DNA of 64,000 bases, from IMG/VR virus record IMGVR_UViG_3300032782_000001, positions 372,001 through 436,000 of that record; one strand, written 5' to 3'. Position 1 is the stretch's first letter. Every line of letters starts with the position of its first letter. A program made the position numbers and the translations under genes. The notes below the pieces were generated by a model. The model was given only the letters and a program-made list of their open reading frames with translations. It ran no database searches and was not told the DNA's origin. Below, piece by piece: positions 48,024-57,498 of this stretch.

Positions 48024-48935
48024 ATGCGCCGCCATACGAGTGCCGTAGTCACGCCTGACGACATTCGACAGTATGTCAAAGGTAAGAATAAGAGCATCCG
48101 TGTAACGGATGATAAGGATGGGGCTGTCAACGTCGAGTCAGCTCAATTCGATTTTAGTTTCAAACCCAAAAATTTCAAATGGCACGTCCGAATCGAAGCA
48201 ACGGACGATCCTTCTGACGCAGACGAAAAAGTCACGCCCGATCCGGTGAAATTCATCGCCGGGTTCCTTGGGGCTGGTGTTCCAGGCGGTGAACATTTCG
48301 AGAAAATGTCTGCGGGTCCAGATGAATTTTCCGGACTCCTCAGGCATCTAGCCTCTCGGGTGGAATCTGGTTCTCTTGGGCCCAGGAAGCTTAGCGCCAT
48401 GCTAAGGCGTGCCGCTGTCATCCCTAATATCAACCTTCTCCGTCGCATCGTGGCAGCTGTAGCCAGGACAGCGGCCGGTCAAGAGACTTCTCTTGCGGAA
48501 GTCAAAAAGTTACAAGAGGAGATGAAAAATAAGGGTTGGAAAGTCAAAGAGACTGAGACTGACGCTGGACTGCCTGAACTTACTGTCGATGTCTCCGGAA
48601 TCTACGAGGCCAAAATCCGAGCTGAAAGCATCTCTTACGCCTATGAGATGAAGACTCTTGGATTCCCCGAATTCGACGAAAAGGGCGACACGGAAGACCC
48701 TATTTCAACGATTCGAGCATATGCCAAGAGGGACGATATAAGTACGGCTTTGGACGAAAAGAAAAAGAGAGAAGAACTGGAAACCGGAAGGACCGAACCT
48801 GCCCCCGGCACCGTTCCCTCCCACGGTCTACCAGCTCTCCAACCTCAGAAAACGATCAAGGACGAAGAGCTAGGAGACACCGCCCGTCCTGAACCAATCC
48901 GGACCGACAAGACCGCCCCCGCTAAGCGTAAGTGA
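48024..48935 (+). CDS. Hypothetical protein with an internal duplication
   Basis: DEKVTPDPVKFI versus DEKGDTEDPISTI end two similar halves; central LRHLASRVES helix. Confidence 0.65.
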   Translation: MRRHTSAVVTPDDIRQYVKGKNKSIRVTDDKDGAVNVESAQFDFSFKPKNFKWHVRIEATDDPSDADEKVTPDPVKFIAGFLGAGVPGGEHFEKMSAGPDEFSGLLRHLASRVESGSLGPRKLSAMLRRAAVIPNINLLRRIVAAVARTAAGQETSLAEVKKLQEEMKNKGWKVKETETDAGLPELTVDVSGIYEAKIRAESISYAYEMKTLGFPEFDEKGDTEDPISTIRAYAKRDDISTALDEKKKREELETGRTEPAPGTVPSHGLPALQPQKTIKDEELGDTARPEPIRTDKTAPAKRK

Positions 48936-48960
48936 TTCCTACCATCACGTACATGATTAT

Positions 48961-49347
48961 ATGAACTGGGAAAACCAGGCAAGGTCCCATGTCGAGTCCG
49001 GACTACTTGAAATCCATCTCAAGCCCGAAGAATCTTACGAGCTTTGCCAGGTTATTCAGACCCGGATCCGTCAAATCTCCCATCGTGATATTCCGCAGGA
49101 AATCGATTTCCGATTGGTTTCCACACTTGCACGATTCGGTTGCAGTTTGACTAGGTCCAATTCTTTGCAGGATTTGTCCTACGAAGATGTTACTGAGTTA
49201 CTCAAACTGTTTTGGAGCCCCAAAATTCGGGAAGTAGAAAAAGAACTCCAATTCGCCCTTGCGGTATTTGTTTTGAGGCAAACCGGTCCTATTGACCCCG
49301 TATGGCAAGATCAGATTTCGAAAGAAATGATTGACATTCTCGGTTAG
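48961..49347 (+). CDS. Hypothetical protein
   Basis: 128 aa; ACGTAC 8 nt upstream of the ATG. Confidence 0.6.
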   Translation: MNWENQARSHVESGLLEIHLKPEESYELCQVIQTRIRQISHRDIPQEIDFRLVSTLARFGCSLTRSNSLQDLSYEDVTELLKLFWSPKIREVEKELQFALAVFVLRQTGPIDPVWQDQISKEMIDILG

Positions 49348-49628
49348 CTTTCCATCACATCCACAATGATCACCATCTCTGGAATGAGAGAATCCAGAGG
49401 AAACCAATATTTTTCCCAGCCGATGGCAAACGATGAGTGAATTTTGAGGAGAACGAAACTCGGATCGGTCTCCGTTATTTCCCAAGAGAAATGTTCGATT
49501 TGAAGCAATAACTTCATCTCATACAGAGTTCTCTCAATAAGTTGGCCTGTCAGTGGATTCTTCCACCCTCCTAGCCCGCCAACATTTGCACTAGCGAGTG
49601 ATTTGAAAAGGGCGGTTTCAGTGCTCAT
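49344..49628 (-). CDS. Hypothetical protein ending in VDVMES
   Basis: 94 aa; shared C-terminal motif. Confidence 0.6.
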   Translation of the reverse strand: MSTETALFKSLASANVGGLGGWKNPLTGQLIERTLYEMKLLLQIEHFSWEITETDPSFVLLKIHSSFAIGWEKYWFPLDSLIPEMVIIVDVMES

Positions 49629-49906
49629 GATTCCATGACTTCAATTACGGGAATCATGTGAGGACGAAGTTCAGCCAAACCGAACTTCCCCGTTTCGGTA
49701 GTGGACTCCGCAAAACCCCACGTCCAGTGGATTTCCACATAGCCTTCGCCTGCCAGCTCACTAACATTCTTCCAACTGGTTATGGTATTGACTGACTTCA
49801 TGACAGTCAAAATAGTTGTCACACGTTCTACGGCATCGCGCCAAGGAGAAGATCCAACATCACATCGAGCAAGATGGATCTTCATTTGGATGGATGTCAC
49901 AATCAA
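49625..49906 (-). CDS. Hypothetical protein ending in IEVMES
   Basis: 93 aa; shared C-terminal motif; ATGA overlap with the next gene. Confidence 0.6.
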   Translation of the reverse strand: MIVTSIQMKIHLARCDVGSSPWRDAVERVTTILTVMKSVNTITSWKNVSELAGEGYVEIHWTWGFAESTTETGKFGLAELRPHMIPVIEVMES

Positions 49907-49937
49907 GACAATACACCCATTAAACTGACGAATCAGG

Positions 49938-50336
49938 CTATTTCGCCAATATTCTAACTATCGTCCCAAATAGTGTTTCGAAATTAATGGGCTTTGCGAG
50001 CCGCTCATCTGGAAGTATTGGAGTTAGATTGCGAGCAGAAGACGAAATTTTGATGGTTTTCTCATTGGCTGCCGTCATTAAAATGATCGGAATATTGCAC
50101 ATTTCTGACTGACGGATTCCAGCCAAAAAGGCCATTCCATCCATTCTTGGCATCATTACGTCAAGAAGAATAAGGTCCGGCTTCGGACCGGGTGCATAAA
50201 GAAGATTAAATGCTTCAATTCCATCCGCCGCTTCAGATGTCACATAGCTATGCTCGTTCAAAGCCATGCAAATAGTTTCCCTCAGATCCGTGTCATCTTC
50301 CACTACAAGGATCCGGATTTTTTCCATTTGGTCCAT
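49938..50336 (-). CDS. Stand-alone response-regulator receiver (CheY-like)
   Basis: ILVVEDD, PDLILLDVMMPRMDG (phospho-Asp), IILMTA, LAKP. Confidence 0.93.
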   Translation of the reverse strand: MDQMEKIRILVVEDDTDLRETICMALNEHSYVTSEAADGIEAFNLLYAPGPKPDLILLDVMMPRMDGMAFLAGIRQSEMCNIPIILMTAANEKTIKISSSARNLTPILPDERLAKPINFETLFGTIVRILAK

Positions 50337-50426
50337 CCCATGTTGAATTACACAAATGCAAAATTTTTACAAATAACTTGAAACTGTGACTATGTCTAGG
50401 ACGCTGAGTGTGTGAACAAGTAATCG

Positions 50427-51239
50427 TTATACCTGTCGACAAAAAACGTCGGCGAATGCTACGAAATTAGGGGATCCGGCAGGTGGCACAGCAAAAGTAA
50501 CATGCGTGAATGCTTGCCGGAATCCCGGCTCAGAAAGAATGTCCCGGAAAATGCCTGCAACGACTTCCGGATCATTACCGAAAACACCGCACCCCCAGGC
50601 GCCGAGAACCGCTACGCCTGATTGAAGTGCCATCGCTGTCAAGACATGACGTGCTCGTTTACGGAAGACTTTCACTACTTGTGTACAGGCAGACGGCGGA
50701 AGTGCACTTGCATTAGGCGCAGGACATGTGACGACCGACAGAAAATACGGACGGTCAACCGTCTGATAGTCAGACGTACGGAAGAACGGAACAGACGGAG
50801 AAACCGCCAGCGCGTCCGAATAAAGAGGACTATTCGTCGCCCGATGTGACTCGTAAAGCTGTGGCACCGTTTCAAGACAAGAGAAAAGAACGGACTGACG
50901 ACAAAGATCTTCTTCCTGCGCCTTGGCACCTCGGAGGAAACCACCACCCGGATGCTTTCCTGAAGCAAAATTCAGAAGACACGGCTCTTCACCGAGATGA
51001 GAAAGCCTAAAACCGGCGTCTGAAGAAGTTTCCGACGTCACCTCGACGAAAAGCCTGGAACAACGAACCGGAATCTCTTGAGTAGAAAGAGTATCCGGAA
51101 AATGAACAATAGTGCCCTGGATCGCTTGTCGAACTTCCGCCTCAATGAGAACGGGGCCGCGCGGTCCGAGATATCGACCAGACGTGGCAACTTCGACGTT
51201 CTCTTGGGCAATCTTGATGTAATTCACCCAGCACCCCAA
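50427..51239 (-). CDS. Bacterial-type poly(ADP-ribose) glycohydrolase (TIGR02452/DUF2263-like macrodomain)
   Basis: LNFASGKHPGGGFLRGAKAQEEDLCRQS, VVTCPAPN, VLGAWGCGVFGNDP. Confidence 0.9.
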   Translation of the reverse strand: MGCWVNYIKIAQENVEVATSGRYLGPRGPVLIEAEVRQAIQGTIVHFPDTLSTQEIPVRCSRLFVEVTSETSSDAGFRLSHLGEEPCLLNFASGKHPGGGFLRGAKAQEEDLCRQSVLFSCLETVPQLYESHRATNSPLYSDALAVSPSVPFFRTSDYQTVDRPYFLSVVTCPAPNASALPPSACTQVVKVFRKRARHVLTAMALQSGVAVLGAWGCGVFGNDPEVVAGIFRDILSEPGFRQAFTHVTFAVPPAGSPNFVAFADVFCRQV

Positions 51240-51401
51240 TTCTTACACGGCCATTGCTCTGAATTCACGAACCAAGGAGCGAAATCATTCCACTCCAAAA
51301 CCAAATCAATGGCCGCAATAGCCTCCCGAAACTTGGTCAAACGTTGCTGTTGCTCCGGCGTCATTTCATTCCAAGAAGGAGCGTGGGGAAACTGAGAAAG
51401 G

Positions 51402-51686
51402 TCAAGATGAGCCGGAGCCGTTTGAACATCCTGGTGCGAGCCGGCGCTTTCGCCTTTCACGCTCCCGGTTCCTACGTTGTTCCATTGACTCTTCGGTGTG
51501 AGTTGTGCCGAGGGTGGGCGGGCAACGGTGACAACGACGTACCGAACTTTCCTTGTTCGGCGACTGACGCTCCACCTCATGGCCGCACTCAAGTACGTCG
51601 TAAAACCGCCCGTCCTTCTCGACATTGCCTTTGACCTCACGACTTGGAGCCCTCCATCCGCCGGTATGGACAGGACTTCTTGACAT
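51402..51686 (-). CDS. Small Cys/His protein
   Basis: YDVLECGHEV...RRCHRCPP. Confidence 0.5.
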   Translation of the reverse strand: MSRSPVHTGGWRAPSREVKGNVEKDGRFYDVLECGHEVERQSPNKESSVRRCHRCPPTLGTTHTEESMEQRRNRERERRKRRLAPGCSNGSGSS

Positions 51687-51718
51687 GGAAAAAATGATAC
51701 ATCAAGGGTGCCGCAAAA

Positions 51719-52102
51719 TTATGACATCATGACCCGCCAAACCGTCAAAAGACTTTCCCCCTCCGGATACCCACGAATTCGAGCCTCCAAAATTTCCCGA
51801 AGCCTGCCCGCTTCAACTTCAAACTCATCGACGGAAAGATGACGCGAAGCGACGCTCATGCCGGGCTCGTGGAACGGGAAAATAAAAGGCGTTCCGGCCG
51901 TCTCAATGGCCCGCGGGAGTGCCGCCATCATTTCCAAATCTTCCAAGACGTAGAAATAGTAAAGAAGATGGCCCTCTGCTTCCGCACGCTGGCGTAGCTC
52001 CCGAAACGGAACGACGAGCGCTGAAATTAATTTCTTCCTGCCCTCATCTGTCGCCATGCTGTGACGAATTAGCGCCTCCTTGGCCGACCTCTCCAACCTC
52101 AT
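51719..52102 (-). CDS. Hypothetical protein ending in WRVMMS
   Basis: 127 aa; variant of the shared C-terminal motif. Confidence 0.6.
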   Translation of the reverse strand: MRLERSAKEALIRHSMATDEGRKKLISALVVPFRELRQRAEAEGHLLYYFYVLEDLEMMAALPRAIETAGTPFIFPFHEPGMSVASRHLSVDEFEVEAGRLREILEARIRGYPEGESLLTVWRVMMS

Positions 52103-52344
52103 GGCTTCGCCTGATTTCGAGGATCAGCCTCACAAAGATGCGCCGCCTTCGTCCCACAAACCGCACAGGTGACATCTACCTGGCAACGCTTGTGGTGGCC
52201 CTCCCAAAACCACGTGAAGACGAGCCAGGCTAAAATTAGGAGGTCCGCCACCAACGCCAAAACGGCGACCAACAACGTAGGTTCCATTCCAAATTCTACG
52301 CCGAAGGACCCAAGGAACCGAGAAAAATCGCTTCCCCGTCCCAA
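52099..52344 (-). CDS. Small membrane protein
   Basis: LLVAVLALVADLLILAWLVFTWFW TM segment; C-terminal C...CAVC...C. Confidence 0.55.
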   Translation of the reverse strand: MGRGSDFSRFLGSFGVEFGMEPTLLVAVLALVADLLILAWLVFTWFWEGHHKRCQVDVTCAVCGTKAAHLCEADPRNQAKP

Positions 52345-52350
52345 AAAGAT

Positions 52351-52899
52351 TTAATCGAATGCCTTCTGGACCGCCGGATCCAATACCCGCGCTCCCCAAA
52401 CATCGGCCAACACGATCTTGGCCCTGATCGATAACCCTAATAAAACGGAACAATCTTCACACGGCAGACAATCATTGTCATCCCGGTGCGACGCCGCCCG
52501 ATGTTCTCGATAAGCCCTGTCCGCCACCTCATACCAAGCAAACACACCCGCTGACAACCGCTCCACTATCCGAATATGACCGGAACCACCCTCGCAAACA
52601 GACACCCTCTGAGGATCTCGATTCGCCAAATGCTCCCACGCCGCCGCCAATCCATCTTCTACTGCATCACATTCGACCGATACACCCCCGACAGGCGACG
52701 ACACATAGACCCCGAACCACATATCAGCCCCAACATCAGCATCCGCCTGAAAATCGAACGCCAACGAAAGAACAATAGCCGTCGTTAAATCCTCCATCAC
52801 CTTCAACCCCATCCGACGAAATATCCGAAGCCGGCGCTCCTCCGCCTCCCGAACACCATCCACCCGACAAGTGCAAACCATTGGAAGACTTTCTGACAT
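52351..52899 (-). CDS. Hypothetical protein
   Basis: 182 aa. Confidence 0.5.
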   Translation of the reverse strand: MSESLPMVCTCRVDGVREAEERRLRIFRRMGLKVMEDLTTAIVLSLAFDFQADADVGADMWFGVYVSSPVGGVSVECDAVEDGLAAAWEHLANRDPQRVSVCEGGSGHIRIVERLSAGVFAWYEVADRAYREHRAASHRDDNDCLPCEDCSVLLGLSIRAKIVLADVWGARVLDPAVQKAFD

Positions 52900-53189
52900 A
52901 AGCTAACCTGAAAACCCACGAGCACGGAAATCGCAATCCCCGATGTGGTCCTTCTCCCGACAACATTTGTAAAACCCGCGAGTCTTGGGACACTCGCGAG
53001 CTTTAGAATCCTCTTGATACGGCCAAGGATCAAAAGTTATCGAATGCCAAAACTTTCCCCAAAAACTCATGTGGAATATTACAATCTGAATTTCTTGAGA
53101 AACGATTATCGGAACGCCACGTTCTCCACAGCATATCTAAAGGACCCGGAAAACTCCAGTAAATTGATTCCTCTCCCCAAAGGAAGGCT

Positions 53190-53492
53190 TTAGAGAGGAG
53201 TTCTCTCGAGCTTCATGCAGGCAGAATCATCCACTAACTGGACCTTCATGCCTGCAGGAGCTATCGCAACCCAACCCGGATAAACGTGCTCAGAAATGAG
53301 CACATCCGCTCCCCACAAAGTCCCGCGAATACCCAAGTCCAAATGCTCCTTGTGCGTGGTCCGGTCAAATTGGTCTGGGGGAAGATTATCAATATCTGAT
53401 TGATGCATGAACAAAGTCCCCACCCTCAATCGCTGAGATTCCATCCACGCAAATTTGTCCGCCAACAAATGAAGTAGGTCGGTTCCAGTCAT
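53190..53492 (-). CDS. Hypothetical protein
   Basis: 100 aa; GTLWGADVLISEHVYPG segment. Confidence 0.55.
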   Translation of the reverse strand: MTGTDLLHLLADKFAWMESQRLRVGTLFMHQSDIDNLPPDQFDRTTHKEHLDLGIRGTLWGADVLISEHVYPGWVAIAPAGMKVQLVDDSACMKLERTPL

Positions 53493-53511
53493 GGAACTAC
53501 TTTACCTATAT

Positions 53512-54927
53512 CTAAAGCCTATCTTCTGCAAAAACGTATCCACGCTCTCCGAATTTCACTCGCATGACTTCCATGATCCATGCTTTCCGGAAATTCCGGA
53601 AAGAAGCAAACTCTCGAAGTCTCCTAAATTCAGTCATAAGTACGTTATCTGCGATCCTGTGAACTTCCACCAAATGCCCATCAATGTAAGAGACGGTCCT
53701 TTCTGAAGTGGGGAATACAAAAGAACAATTCGCACAGATGCGATCACCAGATCGCATCACCAGACCGCAACTTGGACACATCTTCGTAGACGCAGATGCA
53801 ATGAGACCGCGTCCAACGAACAAATCATAAGATCTGACATGATCGGGTAAACCATGACGCAGAGCATTTCCGGAGTGATCGAGGATCACAGGAGGAGCCG
53901 GAATGCTGGCTGAAACATACTCCGGACGCATGCATCGACATGCCTGCTGCATATAGAGAGTTCGGGACAAAGTCGGTCGAGCTAAGATTACACATTTCAA
54001 TTCCGGACAATCCCATCCTTCGGAGAGCACCAAACAATTGGAAAGAACTTTGATATCACCTCTCAAGAACGATTCGAAGAATTTCCGCCTGGTCTCATCA
54101 GGAGTATCACTGTCAATATGTTCTGCAGTGACATCCGCACCTCGAAACGCTCGGACGATAGACTTGGAGTGTTCGACCCCCACCGCGAAACAGATGGTTG
54201 GACGACCGAAAGCGTGAGTTCGATAATGAGATATAATGTCTCCAACCAAATCAATGTCGTTCATGATCGCGTTTAACTGTGTCTCATCATAGTCCCCTCG
54301 AACGACTTTCAACCTGGCAAGGGCGGAGAGATTAGCGTATGGACGCGTAAACACACGCGGCCTCACTAAGTATCCATATTGAATTAATCTGGTAACTTCC
54401 TCACCGACAATGATTTCATCGAAGTCATTCCCGAGACCTTGTCCATCATAACGCCATGGAGTCCCCGTGAGTCCGAGAATTTTGGCTTCCGGATAAGCCG
54501 AGATGACTCGACGAGTGGATGCGTTGGGAGCTCGATGAGCCTCATCGACAATGATAATGTCGAAATGAGCGAATGCTTCATCCTCCATTTGGTTCAAAAA
54601 AGTATGGAGGGAACTAACCTGGATGGGTGCTCCGGGCTTGTTGGAAAAGGCTTTGTCGTCGCCAGAAGGGTTGGCCATAACGAGCCCGATGTCGTTCGGA
54701 TCGATCCCCTCTTGGACGAATTTCTGTAATGCTTGCCTTACGAGCTCCCGCCGATGAGCCAAAAATAAAATACGGAGACCAGCCGCAGCTGCGCGCTGCG
54801 AAACCAAAATAGCTACAAACGTCTTGCCGGCTCCCATATGCAAGACATACAGGATGCGCCGCACTCGCGTCCAAGCATCAAAGATCCGACGGACAGATGA
54901 GTCCTGATAATATCGGGCCTTATTCAT
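53512..54927 (-). CDS. SF2 DEAD/DEAH-like helicase with a C-terminal Zn ribbon
   Basis: Start moved to ATG 54927. MGAGKT, LAHRRELVRQ, IIVDEAHR, LGLTGTP, VLSEGWDCP, QQACRCMRP, CPSC...CANC. Confidence 0.9.
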   Translation of the reverse strand: MNKARYYQDSSVRRIFDAWTRVRRILYVLHMGAGKTFVAILVSQRAAAAGLRILFLAHRRELVRQALQKFVQEGIDPNDIGLVMANPSGDDKAFSNKPGAPIQVSSLHTFLNQMEDEAFAHFDIIIVDEAHRAPNASTRRVISAYPEAKILGLTGTPWRYDGQGLGNDFDEIIVGEEVTRLIQYGYLVRPRVFTRPYANLSALARLKVVRGDYDETQLNAIMNDIDLVGDIISHYRTHAFGRPTICFAVGVEHSKSIVRAFRGADVTAEHIDSDTPDETRRKFFESFLRGDIKVLSNCLVLSEGWDCPELKCVILARPTLSRTLYMQQACRCMRPEYVSASIPAPPVILDHSGNALRHGLPDHVRSYDLFVGRGLIASASTKMCPSCGLVMRSGDRICANCSFVFPTSERTVSYIDGHLVEVHRIADNVLMTEFRRLREFASFRNFRKAWIMEVMRVKFGERGYVFAEDRL

Positions 54928-56455
54928 CGCCAACCCATGGGCAAACGTACGTCCGATTGCCTTCGATCTTCCAACCTGGGAGAGGATTGATTTTGAAGTG
55001 GAAGAACTGAGAAGCGCTAATCTTCTTCCATGAATTTGACTTCGCGTGTTTCCCGCATGTGGGAATATAGAGGCGAGCTTTGGACCAAAACATTGTCGCA
55101 TGATTGGAACACTTGACGCATTTCCAAATGACGACAGTGACTTCCTTGTCATTGGACTCTTGGACTACAGCCTTTCGTCCTTTGTGGTTACCGGCTAAGA
55201 CCAATACGATATCACCAGGTTCCAAAGCAAATTGCGGAAAGCTGCTGTACGCTTCTCGCATGATCGCAGATGACTTTTCGTAGTCATTGCGTTTAATCAA
55301 TGATTCCAGAGACGAACGACGCTGCTTCGCCAGCTTCGCGACAGCCCGATGGATCAGTTTAATGTCGCGAACATGCTCGGCGAGTTTCTTGCGATTGACC
55401 GCCATTTCTTCATGGCGCCGTTTCGCTTCTTGTTCCCGTCGTTCCCGTTTCTCTTGAAGAGCCCGATTTCGCTTATCCTTCCGAAGTTTTTCTGCTTCCA
55501 GCTTCTCCTGATGTTTCTTAGTTGCTTCTTCAGCCCTTTGCCGGCCGGAATTGTGCCAATCTTCCCAGGCTTCTTGGAGACCTTTTTCGAAGTCGCTAAT
55601 GAATAGCTCGGGTCGATGCCCCCAATTTGGGATCCGACCGCCCGGGATGGAGGCGTACAAATTCAACAGTCTATTTTTCTTGGAGGAATTGCGAATGAAT
55701 TGGAGGCTATACACTAAATGTTGACGTACGCGTTCTGCAGATCCTCCTTCACCTTGAGTGGCTTCAGACTTAATCGGCGGACATTTATTCAACGACCGCC
55801 CAGCCTCCGCGTATGTCATCGGCTCTCCGAAGAACCCGAAACATGCGAGCAGGCAATACCACTGCCGTGTAGTAAGAAGCTTCAAGACGCCGCGAATAGT
55901 GTTAATGGTGCGGAGAACATCTTTCGGGTGAACATCTAGAGAATGTTCATTTCCGCAATCTACTACACGGCAATGATATGACAAATTATCGTGAACGAAT
56001 GGAAGCTTCTTGTTGGCAATTTCTGGCCAAATTTCTTCCGGGATTTGACCGAGACCTTCAGCAAGCCGCTTGGCGGAGGCCTTCCAATCACCTCGCTTGT
56101 CATCCCATGGACTTTCACGACCGTGTTCATAAGAAGAGATAACGTCGTTCGGTAGTTCGGTTAGTCGAGAGACGGATGTGATACTGTCGTGCCCTAAACT
56201 ATTGCGCAATTGGAAAATGCGATTGCGTTTATGAGATGACTTGGAAGGCGGTTCTCCTCGGATTTTGAGAGGATGGATAGCAACCGATGTGTCCATCCCC
56301 GATTCCACTCGACGTACGAACCTGTCGGCTGACACTCCGAAGATGAATTCGACGTCTTCGGCCGTCATCTTCTCGCCAAACACTTCCCAATTGCGAGTGT
56401 TAAGCGTTCGATCGCAGCCGATTGGCTCTTCGGACGGCTTGTCCTCGGAGTTCAT
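54920..56455 (-). CDS. Multidomain regulator: XRE-like HTH, sigma-4-like HTH, coiled coil, KOW-like and Cys/His motifs
   Basis: SITSVSRLTELPNDVISSYEHG; LTTRQWYCLLACFG...MTYAEAGRSL...SAERVRQ; LEPGDIVLVLAGNHKGRKAVV; CVKC...CGKH. Confidence 0.6.
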   Translation of the reverse strand: MNSEDKPSEEPIGCDRTLNTRNWEVFGEKMTAEDVEFIFGVSADRFVRRVESGMDTSVAIHPLKIRGEPPSKSSHKRNRIFQLRNSLGHDSITSVSRLTELPNDVISSYEHGRESPWDDKRGDWKASAKRLAEGLGQIPEEIWPEIANKKLPFVHDNLSYHCRVVDCGNEHSLDVHPKDVLRTINTIRGVLKLLTTRQWYCLLACFGFFGEPMTYAEAGRSLNKCPPIKSEATQGEGGSAERVRQHLVYSLQFIRNSSKKNRLLNLYASIPGGRIPNWGHRPELFISDFEKGLQEAWEDWHNSGRQRAEEATKKHQEKLEAEKLRKDKRNRALQEKRERREQEAKRRHEEMAVNRKKLAEHVRDIKLIHRAVAKLAKQRRSSLESLIKRNDYEKSSAIMREAYSSFPQFALEPGDIVLVLAGNHKGRKAVVQESNDKEVTVVIWKCVKCSNHATMFWSKARLYIPTCGKHAKSNSWKKISASQFFHFKINPLPGWKIEGNRTYVCPWVGDE

Positions 56456-56555
56456 TCAACCAAGTACACCCCCGATTGGAGAATTTAGGACTCCATGACA
56501 GATCGCACGCGCATAAACTACGAACCGGAAGCCTTCATCGGCTGTACCTTGCCAC

Positions 56556-57275
56556 ATGGAAACCTTCCGAGGTCGCCCATTGACCGAGACTGAAATTCAA
56601 TGGCGAACCGAAGGCCGATGCATTGGATGCGGAGCTCCCGCCCGGAAAGTCAAAATGAAAGACGGGACCATTCGCCCTGATATGGAATGCAAAGATTGCT
56701 ACGGATCCAGGAATTCATACCCTTCCGGAGGCAATTCATTCCGTGAGTTCGGTGCTTCTCGAGCATCTGTTGGACATGAATATCGATCCCGGCTTGGTTA
56801 CTCTTCCCGAGCCGGCGGAGCCCCACGACAACCCGGAGAAGAAACTGCCACCCAGAAAACCGAAGTTTGGTTGTCTACCCCGGAGCCCAAACTCCTTCCC
56901 TCACCAGAACCGCCCTTCCAAATCACCCCCTCCAGGGTAAAAATCGTGCATATGCGGTGGTCTGGAATGTCTATCGCCGACATCGCACATGAACTTCGTC
57001 TATGGGTGCCAAACGTCCGACATGTTCTTCAGAAACTTCGAGCCTCTAAAAGTACCATCCCAGACTGGGCCCAAGACTGGTTAAGGCAGGAAGTTTATAG
57101 CCGAGATCAACCCGACCATCTGACCCGCAAACATGAAGAAACCCTTCAACACACCATCTCCCAACTTCTCAGCCGCGGCATCCCAAAAGTAGTCATCCTG
57201 GAAACCCTCGGACTCCATTCGGAACGCGACGCGTCCCTCATGGAACCCTGCGGTTGCTTCTCCGACCAAACATAA
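56556..57275 (+). CDS. Zn-finger plus HTH protein
   Basis: CIGC...CKDC; IVHMRWSGMSIADIAHELRLWVPNVRHVLQKL. Confidence 0.65.
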   Translation: METFRGRPLTETEIQWRTEGRCIGCGAPARKVKMKDGTIRPDMECKDCYGSRNSYPSGGNSFREFGASRASVGHEYRSRLGYSSRAGGAPRQPGEETATQKTEVWLSTPEPKLLPSPEPPFQITPSRVKIVHMRWSGMSIADIAHELRLWVPNVRHVLQKLRASKSTIPDWAQDWLRQEVYSRDQPDHLTRKHEETLQHTISQLLSRGIPKVVILETLGLHSERDASLMEPCGCFSDQT

Positions 57276-57431
57276 GATCGTTCAATTACCCCGAACGACG
57301 TTCCGAACCAGGCACTACCCCCTAGAAAAGGGATCGTCCACGCAAAAATCGAACGAATACTTTGAAGCGCTCAGGGACCCAATTTTCCCTGTGCATGAAC
57401 TTCCCCATCCAAAAAGATTTACCTCGTCACT

Positions 57432-57498
57432 CCCTCCCCCTCTCCCCTATCCCATACCCTCCCACCCCCATACTACTCCCCCTATCCCTATTTATCCC
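57432..57498. repeat. Pyrimidine/C-run low-complexity tract (G-runs on the minus strand)
   Basis: ccctccccctctcccctatcccataccctcccacccccatactactccccctatccctatttatccc: at least 10 runs of 3 or more C. Confidence 0.85.
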
